Source: a virus (Duplodnaviria > Caudoviricetes). Taken from it: a stretch of DNA of 64,000 bases. Location of the stretch: IMG/VR virus record IMGVR_UViG_3300027813_000007, positions 35,701-99,700 of that record. The stretch is one strand, 5' to 3'. A program made the translations under genes and the position numbers. The notes under the pieces were generated by a model, which searched no databases, was not told the DNA's origin, and saw only the letters and a program-made list of their open reading frames with translations. This document shows positions 37,856 to 48,203 of this stretch, one piece after another. Position 1 is the first letter of the stretch; every line of letters begins with the position of its first letter.

Positions 37856-39276
37856 TGAAGTTATTAAATTTAATAGAAGGTAGAAGAGAAGATATTCTTA
37901 GTCGTTTTGATGAGAACCCTGAGTTACGCAAAACAGTTGAGGAATTCTTAGACCATGAATTCAATAAGAAAACAAATTATAAATATGTAAATTGGGTACT
38001 TAAAAGAAATTTTGATGACTTTGGTAATACAATTATACCATTACAACAAGCCGTAGATAATCTTGAAAGGTTCGATAAGGTAGGAAAGAATCTAAAGTAT
38101 AAAGATATCAACCAATATAAAAACATCCAAGACTTAATTGATACTATTGAAGTTTACGGTGACACAAAAAGTGAAGAAAAAACTAAAGTAGAAGAGGATA
38201 CATCAAAGATATATGAGGACTCTGAAGTTTTAATAGTTAAACCACTTAGTCAAAAATCATCATGTTATTATGGTCAGGGTACCAAATGGTGTACGTCAGC
38301 AAAGGTGGGTGGTAACGCATTTAATGCATATAATGATAGAGGTCCTTTATATTACTTCATATATAAAAATATAAATAAAGATAATGATTATTATAAAATA
38401 GCTATTCATTATAACGTAGCGGAGGATAACTACGCTCTTTTTGACGCTAAAGATAATTTTAATAATAATCTTTTAGGTTTTTTGAAAACAAATCCCGCTT
38501 TTAAGTCGATTGAAAAAGATATTGAAGAAAATCATAAGATTGATAAAAGTAAAAATCAATCAATTATGTTAGTCAATCTTTTAAGGAGTAATAATTTTAA
38601 GTTTAATAAAATAAGAAGATACGTACTTTACGATAAACCAGTTCAGATAATTGGAAATCGTAATTATGGATACTCCTTTACAACATTAGGTAAATATGGT
38701 GTGGATGAGATTACAATTAGGCCAAGTGATAACGGTGATGAAATAATATTTAACTCCCGAAAGCATAATATTATTGATAGAAGACCTACGTATGAAATGG
38801 TAGAGTATCTTGACTCAAATTCAGACCCACATGATATAGACCATTTATTAAGTAAAAATACTATACATACCAACTATAAAGTTATTAGAGATTTATTTAA
38901 TTTCTTTATTGAAGAATTACATGAAGAGTTAAGTGTAGGTAATCAAGAAGGTTTTAAATTTTGGAGCCCTATAAACTCACAGTCAACTTATCGATTTGAA
39001 AGTAGAAATCCCGACAACTCTTATATTAAATTTTTAAATTATATAATTGAGCAAACAAATGAAGGTGAACCAGCCAGTAAGAGAGACTTCTTACTTAATG
39101 TCTTAGAAAAAGACCCTGAACAAGTAGTATTTTCAGGATATCTATCAACAATGTTCAGTTCAATGAAAGATGCTGGACTCGTTAGTCTTTACAGAGCCGA
39201 TACTTCGCCTTATTTTAGGTACAAGATTGGGCCCAACTACAATGCTTGGGAAAAAGAAAGACTAAAGAGAATATGA
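37855..39276 (+). CDS. 'WCT'-motif (PcfJ-like) protein, paralog
   Basis: KYVNWVLK, KDINQYK, SSCYYGQGTKWCTSA, GPLYYF. Confidence 0.7.
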   Translation: MKLLNLIEGRREDILSRFDENPELRKTVEEFLDHEFNKKTNYKYVNWVLKRNFDDFGNTIIPLQQAVDNLERFDKVGKNLKYKDINQYKNIQDLIDTIEVYGDTKSEEKTKVEEDTSKIYEDSEVLIVKPLSQKSSCYYGQGTKWCTSAKVGGNAFNAYNDRGPLYYFIYKNINKDNDYYKIAIHYNVAEDNYALFDAKDNFNNNLLGFLKTNPAFKSIEKDIEENHKIDKSKNQSIMLVNLLRSNNFKFNKIRRYVLYDKPVQIIGNRNYGYSFTTLGKYGVDEITIRPSDNGDEIIFNSRKHNIIDRRPTYEMVEYLDSNSDPHDIDHLLSKNTIHTNYKVIRDLFNFFIEELHEELSVGNQEGFKFWSPINSQSTYRFESRNPDNSYIKFLNYIIEQTNEGEPASKRDFLLNVLEKDPEQVVFSGYLSTMFSSMKDAGLVSLYRADTSPYFRYKIGPNYNAWEKERLKRI

Positions 39277-40058
39277 GATTAGATACAAATTGGATTTTAC
39301 AAGAACCTATAGATTTAGAGCATAAACAATATGTTCTATTAGATTATATTAACAAAGTTGATAAAGACTTTGATAACTTTAAATTATACCCTTCTTTTCA
39401 AGAGTTATCGGTACATATAGCTAATCTTGGGTCAATTAAAAAACGCTCTAAATATATTACGCTTAATCGAAAACCTGAGGATATTGATGATGAAATTTTA
39501 ATCGATGACTTAAAATACCATAATTTAAATTATGGTGAAGAAACTAAAGATGAGATATTAAAGATTATAAAGTATTCTGAAAGTAAATTAACTGACCTAT
39601 TTTTGATTGGAAAATCTATATGGACATTACTATATGATAGTGTTACTATAAAAATAGTTTTTAATAGTCTTAATAGTGACAAACCTAAACCAGGTATAGG
39701 GTTTTTTTATTTGGTTTATGATGAAGAATTACATGTGTATCAATATAGAATTAATACGATAACTAAAACAACGAATGAGAATAAATGTGACGTAAAACAA
39801 ATATACCAAGGAAATGTTATTGACGTAACTGACAAAGATGAAATGGTTAAATTAATTAAACAACACTATAATAAAATACCTCATTTTAATTCTTCTAAAC
39901 AAGATAAAATGTTATTAAATATTGAAAGTTCATTCCCAATATTTAGAGTTAGGTATGAGGATAAATTCCCATTAGAAGGTTCATTATTATCTATCGCTAA
40001 GAGAAAAATTATGAATTACATATTCCAAACGATTAAAATTCAAGAGTTAAAATCATAA
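39273..40058 (+). CDS. hypothetical protein
   Basis: ATG at 39273 overlaps the upstream stop; W..EPIDLEHKQY.LLDY. Confidence 0.65.
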   Translation: MRLDTNWILQEPIDLEHKQYVLLDYINKVDKDFDNFKLYPSFQELSVHIANLGSIKKRSKYITLNRKPEDIDDEILIDDLKYHNLNYGEETKDEILKIIKYSESKLTDLFLIGKSIWTLLYDSVTIKIVFNSLNSDKPKPGIGFFYLVYDEELHVYQYRINTITKTTNENKCDVKQIYQGNVIDVTDKDEMVKLIKQHYNKIPHFNSSKQDKMLLNIESSFPIFRVRYEDKFPLEGSLLSIAKRKIMNYIFQTIKIQELKS

Positions 40059-40062
40059 AGTT

Positions 40063-40479
40063 TTGACGGATATTAAAATTAAGAAACCAGACCATATTGT
40101 GTGGGACGAAAATAATCAAAAGTACCACGCAAATATTTTACCATACGGTAGTAGTGTTTCGGCACCCGTTATTAAAATTGAAGATATTTCATCATATAAA
40201 CAAAGTAGCGTAAATAAAATACAAACTAAGTTTAATAAGAAGTATCAAGAATTGGTTGACGAGTATAATAATTTAGTTGATGAAGTTAAATTAAATCAAA
40301 TAGTTTATGAATCTAAATTTTCTTTTGAGCCAATAATTGGTCATATTTATTATCTTTATTATGGAAATGATGGAAAATATTTCTTATCATTAATTGAACC
40401 TGAAATGTGGGACCAAGAATTTATATTAAGTGTTGAATTAGATTCTGGTCACAAATGGGTATTAATAAATAAACCATAG
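40063..40479 (+). CDS. DUF2452-like protein
   Basis: LPYGSSVSAPVI; FSFEPIIGHIYYLY; FLSLIEP. Confidence 0.6.
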   Translation: MTDIKIKKPDHIVWDENNQKYHANILPYGSSVSAPVIKIEDISSYKQSSVNKIQTKFNKKYQELVDEYNNLVDEVKLNQIVYESKFSFEPIIGHIYYLYYGNDGKYFLSLIEPEMWDQEFILSVELDSGHKWVLINKP

Positions 40480-40485
40480 TCACTA

Positions 40486-41418
40486 ATGAGTCTACAAAAT
40501 CCTAAAGATGTTAATGTAACCGACAATACTGTATCGGTTATATTAGCGGGTGGTTTAGGTAATATGATGTTCCAGGCAGCGACCTTAATGGTCTATGCTA
40601 AAGAAATGGGTTACGACCCATTAATAGGTTATTGGACAACACACCAATCAGAAAGTTCTAAGTTTAATGTACACCTTAATCGAAATGGTAGAAATATACA
40701 TTTTGACCCATGGGGTGGACACCTATTAAAAGACCCACATATCTCATTTGGAGATGTTTACCCTCAACTTCCTTGGTTCGATAGTCGACCTAATGCCTTT
40801 AATTGGTGGTTTGACCAAAGTCTTGGATGGGATATTGATACGGGTGAGGGAGGTGTTTATTATGACTTAAAACAAAAAGTTAAACCACCATATCTATTTC
40901 AAGGTTATTTTTTTAATAAATTATATTGGCACCATCAACGAGATTATATCTTAAATTTATTTAATCCAGATAAAAATATAACCAATTATATTGAATATAA
41001 TTATGGGGAATTATTTGATAAAAGTATTTCACTACATTTACGAATGGGTGGTGGTAGACAAGATAACTTTTTTAATATACCTAAAATACCTGGTGAGTGG
41101 GTTGGTAAAATATTAAATGAGTATGGGGAGGACCATAAAGTGTTAGTGTTTTCAGATAACTTAGAGTTAGCCAAAAATTTCGTAGACACTTTAGGTTTCC
41201 CTAATCATAAATTTGTTTATATTGATGAAGACCCCTATATTGCGGTTCACATGATGAGTATGTGTGATAGACATATTTTATCTAACTCGACACTATCATT
41301 TTGGGGAGCATACCTTGATAAGAAGCAAGAAAATGAGTATACTTTCATACATGAGACTTTTTTCGAAAGACATCCTCACAGTATGATACCTTACGATAAA
41401 TGGAAAATTAATTATTAA
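40486..41418 (+). CDS. alpha-1,2-fucosyltransferase-like glycosyltransferase (GT11)
   Basis: GGLGNMMFQ, QGYF, SLHLRMG, FSDN, MSMCDRHILSNSTLSFWGAYL. Confidence 0.85.
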   Translation: MSLQNPKDVNVTDNTVSVILAGGLGNMMFQAATLMVYAKEMGYDPLIGYWTTHQSESSKFNVHLNRNGRNIHFDPWGGHLLKDPHISFGDVYPQLPWFDSRPNAFNWWFDQSLGWDIDTGEGGVYYDLKQKVKPPYLFQGYFFNKLYWHHQRDYILNLFNPDKNITNYIEYNYGELFDKSISLHLRMGGGRQDNFFNIPKIPGEWVGKILNEYGEDHKVLVFSDNLELAKNFVDTLGFPNHKFVYIDEDPYIAVHMMSMCDRHILSNSTLSFWGAYLDKKQENEYTFIHETFFERHPHSMIPYDKWKINY

Positions 41419-41430
41419 ATATAAAAAATT

Positions 41431-41634
41431 ATGAATGATATACCAAAAACAATTATGAGTAAAATCGAAGGTAAACTTAGAATACCTATCCATATTAACT
41501 ATATTGCAAGTTTCATAGTAAAAGACTCTATTGAAAAAACTAAGGTATTATTAGATAAATTAATTGATGATAATATTGTTATTGAAAGTGAGAACGGTAA
41601 GGGTTATTATGTCTTAAAGTCAAATAAAAAGTAG
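41431..41634 (+). CDS. small winged-helix-like protein
   Basis: 67 aa; LDKLIDDNIV..GKGYYVL wing-like C-terminus. Confidence 0.5.
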   Translation: MNDIPKTIMSKIEGKLRIPIHINYIASFIVKDSIEKTKVLLDKLIDDNIVIESENGKGYYVLKSNKK

Positions 41635-41868
41635 ATGAATAAAAAAGAACTAGTAACGCATCCTGAACATTATGGGGGTGAAGATAATCCGTATGAAGTC
41701 GTTAAAATTGCTGAAGCAACCGGAATAGATAAAGATGCGTATCTTTTTAATGTATTAAAATATATTATAAGAAGTGGTAAGAAAGACGATAACCCACCTG
41801 TTCAAGATTTGAAAAAAGCTTTATGGTATTTAGATAGAAGAATTAAAACAATAGAAACCCAAAATTAA
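41635..41868 (+). CDS. DUF3310 (SaV-like) protein
   Basis: VTHPEHY, NVLKYIIRSGKK, DLKKALWYL. Confidence 0.85.
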   Translation: MNKKELVTHPEHYGGEDNPYEVVKIAEATGIDKDAYLFNVLKYIIRSGKKDDNPPVQDLKKALWYLDRRIKTIETQN

Positions 41869-41871
41869 ATT

Positions 41872-42090
41872 ATGAATCAGACAACATTAGATTACATCGA
41901 ACAAGAATTAACTAAACTCGATAGAGGAATTGTGGTTACACCAACAAGAGAATATTTAGAATCTTTTACTGAAGCAAATAATGGTGCCAATGATTTTCTA
42001 TTAATGCAATTATCTATAAATTTAGGGTATCAAATGGCCTTACAAAACTTAAAAGATGAATTATTAACTATAAAAGAAATACCTTGTTAA
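41872..42090 (+). CDS. hypothetical protein
   Basis: 72-aa ORF. Confidence 0.55.
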   Translation: MNQTTLDYIEQELTKLDRGIVVTPTREYLESFTEANNGANDFLLMQLSINLGYQMALQNLKDELLTIKEIPC

Positions 42091-42093
42091 AAA

Positions 42094-42963
42094 ATGGAAA
42101 AAAATAAAATATATTCAGGTGACGGAAGAAAACTAATGTCAGAAATGAATGAAAAATCAATAGATTTAGTAGTTACTAGCCCACCTTATGGTGTGGGTAT
42201 TGACTATGATAGTTGGGATGACGATAAAGAAATATCCGAGTATTGGAAATTTACTAGAGAATGGTTAAGAGAGACCTATAGAGTGCTTAAAGATGATGGT
42301 CGCGTGGCTTTAAATATTCCTTATGAAATAAATAGGCAAACTAAAGGAGGTAGAATTTATTTTTCTGCTGAGTTTTGGATGATTATGAAGGAAATTGGAT
42401 TTGGTTTCTTTGGTATTGTTGATTTAGAGGAAGACTCACCTCACCGTTCAAAGACAACTGCTTGGGGAAGTTGGATGAGTCCATCTTCACCATACATATA
42501 TAACCCTAAGGAGTGTGTAATACTTGCGTATAAGAAAAAACATAAGAAAGATATAAAGGGAACACCCCAATGGAAAGGAGAGTTTCAGATGGTACCTAAT
42601 GAAAAAATAGAGGGGGAATTTAGAAAAAAATTAGTCTATGAGGATAAAGATAAGAAAGATTTTATGTCTTTAGTATTTGGCCAGTGGAATTATTTTGCGG
42701 ATACAAGACAAAAAACCAAGGCTACTTTCTCATTAGATATACCATATAGAGCAATTAAAATCCTATCTTATAAAGAAGATGTGATTATGGACCCATTTAA
42801 CGGAAGTGGTACAACGTGTTTAGCTGCTGAGATGTTAGGTAGACCATGGATTGGTATCGACATTAGTAAAGGTTATTGTGATGTCGCTAGAGAACGTATT
42901 AAAACGTATCAGACTGAACAAAAACAGTTAAAATTAGTGTTAGATGAACATTCGAGAGATTAG
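42094..42963 (+). CDS. N4-C/N6-A DNA methyltransferase (beta class)
   Basis: VTSPPY precedes DPFNGSGTT..IGIDI. Confidence 0.9.
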   Translation: MEKNKIYSGDGRKLMSEMNEKSIDLVVTSPPYGVGIDYDSWDDDKEISEYWKFTREWLRETYRVLKDDGRVALNIPYEINRQTKGGRIYFSAEFWMIMKEIGFGFFGIVDLEEDSPHRSKTTAWGSWMSPSSPYIYNPKECVILAYKKKHKKDIKGTPQWKGEFQMVPNEKIEGEFRKKLVYEDKDKKDFMSLVFGQWNYFADTRQKTKATFSLDIPYRAIKILSYKEDVIMDPFNGSGTTCLAAEMLGRPWIGIDISKGYCDVARERIKTYQTEQKQLKLVLDEHSRD

Positions 42964-43114
42964 AATTAATAACAAGAATAGTATCACTATTGTAACTATA
43001 GATAACCATATTAAAACATTTAAAAAAGAAAACCTAAATGGACTACAAAGGACATGGTTTGATAATGTAATTGCATGTTCAATATCATTAATACATGAAA
43101 CCCCTACAAAGTGA
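42944..43114 (+). CDS. small hypothetical protein; absent from ORF track
   Basis: 56 aa MNIREIRINNKNSITIVT...HETPTK, ending in the terminator. Confidence 0.45.
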   Translation: MNIREIRINNKNSITIVTIDNHIKTFKKENLNGLQRTWFDNVIACSISLIHETPTK

Positions 43115-43124
43115 GGGGTTTTTT
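43098..43124 (+). terminator. intrinsic terminator
   Basis: AAACCCCT..AGGGG-T6. Confidence 0.75.
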
Positions 43125-43155
43125 GTTATTGTAGATATTTATTAATAAAAGTTTT

Positions 43156-43725
43156 ATGTCAAGATTAATAATAAAAGAATCGGAATTATCTCAAATACGT
43201 AAAATGTATCTAATTGAGAATGTAGAAGACAAGAAAGATGGGACGACTATGAAGGCTAGCCAAGTTTTTTGGGACTTTATTAAGTTTGAAGAAGGTGACC
43301 CAGAAAAACCTAACGGTTCAATAAAAGAACCCGTTTTAAAAGCATATAAAGACACTAGCGACGTATGGACAATAGGTTATGGTCATACAGGTAAAGACGT
43401 AAAACCAGGGTTAGTTATAAATAAAGAACAGTCCTTAGACTTACTTTATAAAGATGCGTCGGAGGCGGCTGACTGTGTTAGAAGATTTTTAGGGGAATGG
43501 AAAGAATTAGATTTAGAGACTTATATGTTGACACAAGGACAATTTGATTCGTTAGTGTCTTTAGTTTTTAATAGTGGATGTGGCTCTGTTAGGATGTCAA
43601 GATTCATACAGTACATCAAATCGGGTCAAAATAAAAAAGCAACTGAAAGTATTCTAAAATACAAGGCTTCGAATAATGGTCTTAAGAATAGAAGAAAAAA
43701 AGAAAGTAATATGTTTATATCATGA
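43156..43725 (+). CDS. phage lysozyme (GH24) with N-terminal 'IIKESEL' leader
   Basis: FEEG..AYKDTSDVWTIGYGHTG, QFDSLVSLVFN, GLKNRRKKE. Confidence 0.88.
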   Translation: MSRLIIKESELSQIRKMYLIENVEDKKDGTTMKASQVFWDFIKFEEGDPEKPNGSIKEPVLKAYKDTSDVWTIGYGHTGKDVKPGLVINKEQSLDLLYKDASEAADCVRRFLGEWKELDLETYMLTQGQFDSLVSLVFNSGCGSVRMSRFIQYIKSGQNKKATESILKYKASNNGLKNRRKKESNMFIS

Positions 43726-46100
43726 AAAAAATAATTAAAGAATCGGGATTAAGAAATATCAACGACTTATCTAAAAGATATGAGAAAGCTAAAATATATT
43801 TTCATCAAGATTTAGATGGTGTAACAACTGCCTTAGCTATGAAAAATTATTTAGAGAATAACGGAATTAAAGTAGTTGATTCTGAAATAATACAATATGG
43901 GGATAAGGAGTTTGCAGTTAAAAAACAAGACGCACAAGGTGACACAATGCCGGTTTTAGTTGACTTCGCTCACGGTAAACCAATGTTTGTTGTACATACT
44001 GACCACCATGATAGTCAAACTGGGGTAGAAGGTGATACTTCAACATCATTTAGGTCATCACGGTCTAATGTAGAAACATTATCGCAAATAATGTCACCAA
44101 AAGATATCTTCACATCTGATGATATCAGGTTAATATCTACAGTTGATTCTGCCGATTTTGCTAAATATGGGTTGGAACCACAAGATATTATGAATTTTGT
44201 ATTTAAACTACAAAAAGATAAGTCATTACAGAAAAATAAAATGGCGTTAGGTTTAGCGACTAACAAACTTATGTTAGCGTATAAAAATAAACCAGGATTT
44301 ATGGAAGATTTAGTTATGTCTTCGCAACCTTCACTTTTAAACATATTCCAAAATATTAATAGATTAGCGGCGGAAAAAGGTTATGCGTTACCAGAAGAGA
44401 TGGCGTTACATCAGAAAGACTACGTTCAGAAACAAAAAGATAGTGATAAAGTTTATGTTGATGATGGTATTATAGTACAATACGGAGGTGGTTCAATGTT
44501 TAAACCTGGTTCTTATGACCGTTATACTCCATTCAAAAATAATCCTGAAGCGGACTTTATAGTAATTGCGTGGCCAATGGGATTAGTACAAGCATCATGT
44601 AATCCATTCAAAGGTGAAAGAGAATTAAAAGGTGTTAACTTAGGGGATATAGCCCAAGAAGTATTAAGTAAATGGGAGAGTCAATTAAGAGAAAAGATAA
44701 TTCCTTTATCGACTATTAAATGGATATCTGAAGGTAATAAACAATTTGGTGAGGAGTCAGTTGGGTTTACAAATGCAGATTTAGAGGCTTTTTATGGTGA
44801 TAAAGTTCGTTCTATGGGTGACGGAGATGCTTATATGGAGAAATTAAAAGTAATCATGGACAAACCATCTACTAAGTTAACTGAAGATGAGTGGGCAATA
44901 TTAGATAAATTAGGTGTACCGGCATGGGAAATGATTCAAGCTAACTCAGGTGGACACAAATGTATTACAAATATATCTGCGTTAAATTACTTCGGAAGAG
45001 GTAAGAGAAAACCTGAAGGTAAGTACAAGTATAGTAAAGATAGGGGTGATTCACCATATGTTAAGTTTGTTAAGATGATTCAAAAAGAATTCGTAAGAAA
45101 ACTTAAAGAAAAAATCAATGAGTCCAAAGGTTTAAATGAACAAGCAGAAAAGGCGGAATTGGTCGATGCTGATAGTAATCAATTATTAGTTAATATTAAC
45201 AATATTGAAGGAGACATCGAAAGAAGTGACCGTAAAAATATGAGATTTAAACAAGATGTTGAGTCATTTCAGATTGGATTATCTTTATTAGGTTATAAAT
45301 TACCGGTGTATGGTGTCGATGGGCTATTCGGACCCGAAACAGAAAGAGCGTTAAATAAATTTAAGAGAGACAACGAATTAGAGGAAAACGGGATTTTTTC
45401 TACTGGAACTAAAGATTTAATGTATAATAAATTAAAAACTGCAGATATAAAAGATGAGGATATAGAAAAATATACATATTCGAGTAAGGAGTTTTCAACA
45501 TTAGATGGTAAGATAACTCATACTTACTCAGGTAGGTCAGCTAAAGGTATACAAAGATTAATTGATACTATGGTTGAGAACGGCGTTACAGACCCAGTTG
45601 CTCAAGTAGGTATGTTAGCAGTGATAGGTAAAGAAACTCACTTTATAAATAAAAAAGAAAGAGGATATCAAAATACATCTAACACAAGAATTAATAAAAT
45701 ATTTTCGAAAACTAGAAATATGTCTGACTCAGAATTAAATAATTTAAAGAGTGACTATGATAAGTTCTTCAATTTAGTATATAATGGTAGAATTGGTAAT
45801 AATAATAAAGACGATGGTTCAAAGTATGTTGGTAGAGGTTACAATCAATTAACCGGTAAGGCTAATTATCAAAAATATGGAAATAAAGTCGGTATTGATA
45901 TCGTTAGTAATCCTGATAAGATGTTAGACGATAAAATAGCTGCGGAAGTTGCTGTAAAATTTTTAACCAGTAAAGGTGTACCTGAGTTTAGTAACCCTAA
46001 AGAGTCTACATTATATTTTGCTGATGTTAATTCAGGAAGTCCTAAGAGAAGAGCTAGAGAACACTCAATTGAAGAATTACAAAAATTTGATATAGCTTAA
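43722..46100 (+). CDS. fusion: DHH-like phosphoesterase + peptidoglycan-binding domain + GH19-like muramidase
   Basis: HQDLDG, VDF, TDHH; LLGY..GVDGLFGPET..AL..F; YNGRIGN..DG.KYVGRGYNQLTGKANY. Confidence 0.78.
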   Translation: MKKIIKESGLRNINDLSKRYEKAKIYFHQDLDGVTTALAMKNYLENNGIKVVDSEIIQYGDKEFAVKKQDAQGDTMPVLVDFAHGKPMFVVHTDHHDSQTGVEGDTSTSFRSSRSNVETLSQIMSPKDIFTSDDIRLISTVDSADFAKYGLEPQDIMNFVFKLQKDKSLQKNKMALGLATNKLMLAYKNKPGFMEDLVMSSQPSLLNIFQNINRLAAEKGYALPEEMALHQKDYVQKQKDSDKVYVDDGIIVQYGGGSMFKPGSYDRYTPFKNNPEADFIVIAWPMGLVQASCNPFKGERELKGVNLGDIAQEVLSKWESQLREKIIPLSTIKWISEGNKQFGEESVGFTNADLEAFYGDKVRSMGDGDAYMEKLKVIMDKPSTKLTEDEWAILDKLGVPAWEMIQANSGGHKCITNISALNYFGRGKRKPEGKYKYSKDRGDSPYVKFVKMIQKEFVRKLKEKINESKGLNEQAEKAELVDADSNQLLVNINNIEGDIERSDRKNMRFKQDVESFQIGLSLLGYKLPVYGVDGLFGPETERALNKFKRDNELEENGIFSTGTKDLMYNKLKTADIKDEDIEKYTYSSKEFSTLDGKITHTYSGRSAKGIQRLIDTMVENGVTDPVAQVGMLAVIGKETHFINKKERGYQNTSNTRINKIFSKTRNMSDSELNNLKSDYDKFFNLVYNGRIGNNNKDDGSKYVGRGYNQLTGKANYQKYGNKVGIDIVSNPDKMLDDKIAAEVAVKFLTSKGVPEFSNPKESTLYFADVNSGSPKRRAREHSIEELQKFDIA

Positions 46101-46116
46101 AACAATTAAGACAACT

Positions 46117-46473
46117 TTAAAATAAAGAGAAGGAGACGATGTCTCCTTTTTTTACGACTTGTTCTTCACAAAAACCACCAGAGACCTCTAAAACTGTATC
46201 ACCAAATCCTTGATATGATTCACAATTTTTCTTATCATTACATGGTTGACAGTTAGAATAAATTTTAGTTATTGTTGTTCCATCTATGAAAATAATGTCT
46301 AATGGTATGATACAATTATACATCCAAAAACTTTGTTCGGTACGTTCAGGCATAAAAAATAACATACCATCAAAGGACTCGTCAAATCTTTTTCCCATCA
46401 TTCCATTAGTTATGGATTTTTTAGTGGAAGAAACTTTGACTTTTAAAATATTATTTTTTATAATTACTTTCAT
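46117..46473 (-). CDS. DUF192-family protein
   Basis: GMM, GMLF, FWMYN..IPLDIIFID, VLEVSGG. Confidence 0.85.
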   Translation of the reverse strand: MKVIIKNNILKVKVSSTKKSITNGMMGKRFDESFDGMLFFMPERTEQSFWMYNCIIPLDIIFIDGTTITKIYSNCQPCNDKKNCESYQGFGDTVLEVSGGFCEEQVVKKGDIVSFSLF

Positions 46474-46502
46474 ACCATATAAATATACATAACAAGTAAT
46501 AA

Positions 46503-46910
46503 ATGAAAAAATACGCGGGAATTATCGTAAGATGTGATAACAAAGTTTTACTTTGTAAGAGGAATTCAGAAACAACTTTACCAGGGTTTTGGTCTTGTCC
46601 TGCAGGAAGTGTAGAGGAAGGTGAAAATACTAAGGATGGTGCTGTGAGAGAATTTACAGAAGAAACGAATTTACCTGTTATTGAAGATATTGTTTTTGCT
46701 GCGATTATCAAAAGATATAATAGAGATGGGTCTAAAGAGAAAGGGACATTCTATTGTTACTTAATGGATGTTAATGAGGAAATTTACCCTGACTTAGAAA
46801 ATGCACCTGATGGTGACGAACATACTGAATTCGGATATTTTGGTAAAGATGAGTTACCACAACCAATGACTAAACAATTTAATAAACTTATAAATATAAT
46901 TTTAAAATGA
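46503..46910 (+). CDS. NUDIX hydrolase
   Basis: PAGSVEEGENTKDGAVREFTEETN Nudix box. Confidence 0.9.
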   Translation: MKKYAGIIVRCDNKVLLCKRNSETTLPGFWSCPAGSVEEGENTKDGAVREFTEETNLPVIEDIVFAAIIKRYNRDGSKEKGTFYCYLMDVNEEIYPDLENAPDGDEHTEFGYFGKDELPQPMTKQFNKLINIILK

Positions 46911-47134
46911 ACAAATTAGTAAACATGTTAAGAACATCTGCACAGGCAGATAAAGCAAAGGCATTATTATCTCTTGAATTACTTGGTAACAATGGGGTAG
47001 GAATCGGAGACCACTCAACAGGTGACTTCTATAAAAATGCTGAAGAAGCACTAGTGATGTTGGTAGATGCTGACGATAGATTAGGTGCGTTAGAGAAATA
47101 CTTTAGTACTAAAATTGATGGTAACATCCTTTAA
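46907..47134 (+). CDS. hypothetical phage protein
   Basis: VGIGDHS motif; 75 aa. Confidence 0.65.
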   Translation: MNKLVNMLRTSAQADKAKALLSLELLGNNGVGIGDHSTGDFYKNAEEALVMLVDADDRLGALEKYFSTKIDGNIL

Positions 47135-47281
47135 ATTTAACTATTTTAAAGTAAAATATGAAAAAAACCCTTAAAGGGCTTGTCTGAAGGGAATTTTTTT
47201 GTATGTTTGTATTACTTTTAGAGTTTATGGGAGTATTTATATCTTACCCTACTGAATTTTATAAAAGTTTTTAAAAAAAAG

Positions 47282-47313
47282 TTTGACAGATTAAAAAAAT
47301 TGTTTTACATTTG
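47282..47313 (+). promoter_or_regulatory. strong promoter for the ncRNA (Bacteroidota -33/-7; also TTGACA-17-TACATT)
   Basis: TTTG 47282, 20-nt spacer, TACATTTG 47306; a second TATGTTTG at 47202 and TATTTATA at 47234. Confidence 0.75.
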
Positions 47314-47342
47314 TCATAAGAAATCAGTAAGAGTACTGAAAA

Positions 47343-47354
47343 TGTTCTTTGAAA
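47343..47354 (+). promoter_or_regulatory. boxA-like antitermination element
   Basis: TGTTCTTTGAAA just downstream of the promoter, as in rRNA leaders. Confidence 0.5.
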
Positions 47355-48203
47355 TATTATTAATGTCAATCTTAACTAACACAGTTTGTGGAAGAAATTT
47401 AAAAGATTAACCCCTTTTTTTCTTAAAAGGTTAAGTGAGACATTTACCGGCGGTTTAGCGTCGTTAGATAACCCCAGCAATGGGACTAAAGGGATTGAAA
47501 CGGGAATAGTATACCGTGAATATCCGCAGAGTTTACTCTGACAACTAAACAAAGTGGCTACGGTCGAGACCCTAAGGGCAACTGCTAAGGGGATGAGACC
47601 ACTCTGAATCCATGGAATATCAGAGTTGCGATAGTGATATCAATAGGAAAAGCTACAGGTGACGGTTCGACACACCCTGTCAGGTGTTGTAGGGCTGAGT
47701 ACCAGTATGAGGGGATTCCGATACGTTAAGTTAACGTGTTCCTGAAATACCGTAGGTTGACAGACTTACAGAGAGGTGTGAAGCATTTTGTTTTCAAAAG
47801 AAACGAAACTTCTCCCGAAGCACATCTTTCAAATTTCCATAGTTACTTTTATATAAACATAAAAGAGAGCTAAAGTTCTTCGGGCGTTAACAACGAAAGG
47901 TGTCTAACACTTCGAGTCGTCAGACTAACGAAGTCATTGTAAGACCGCAAGTCTTCCGATGTTGATTACAAAATACCTGGTGGGATAGCAATCCCTTAGT
48001 GAACTCGCAAGGTTTAACAGAGTAAAGTAGTAGTTGAGTGGTTGTTAACGATAAGAGTGGTTCACTCAAATAACCGACACTGACTTGATACTTTCGGCAA
48101 CGAGAGTGGATACATGAGCAACCGTCATAGGGTAATCTCACTAAAGACAAGTCGTTATAAACGTATAATCTCAGCGTTCTATACTCTATTATATATCTTC
48201 CTT

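Noticed and set aside
47920-48150. 76-aa minus-strand ORF inside the ncRNA region
   Set aside because: Atypical composition, antisense to a promoter/terminator-bounded structured RNA
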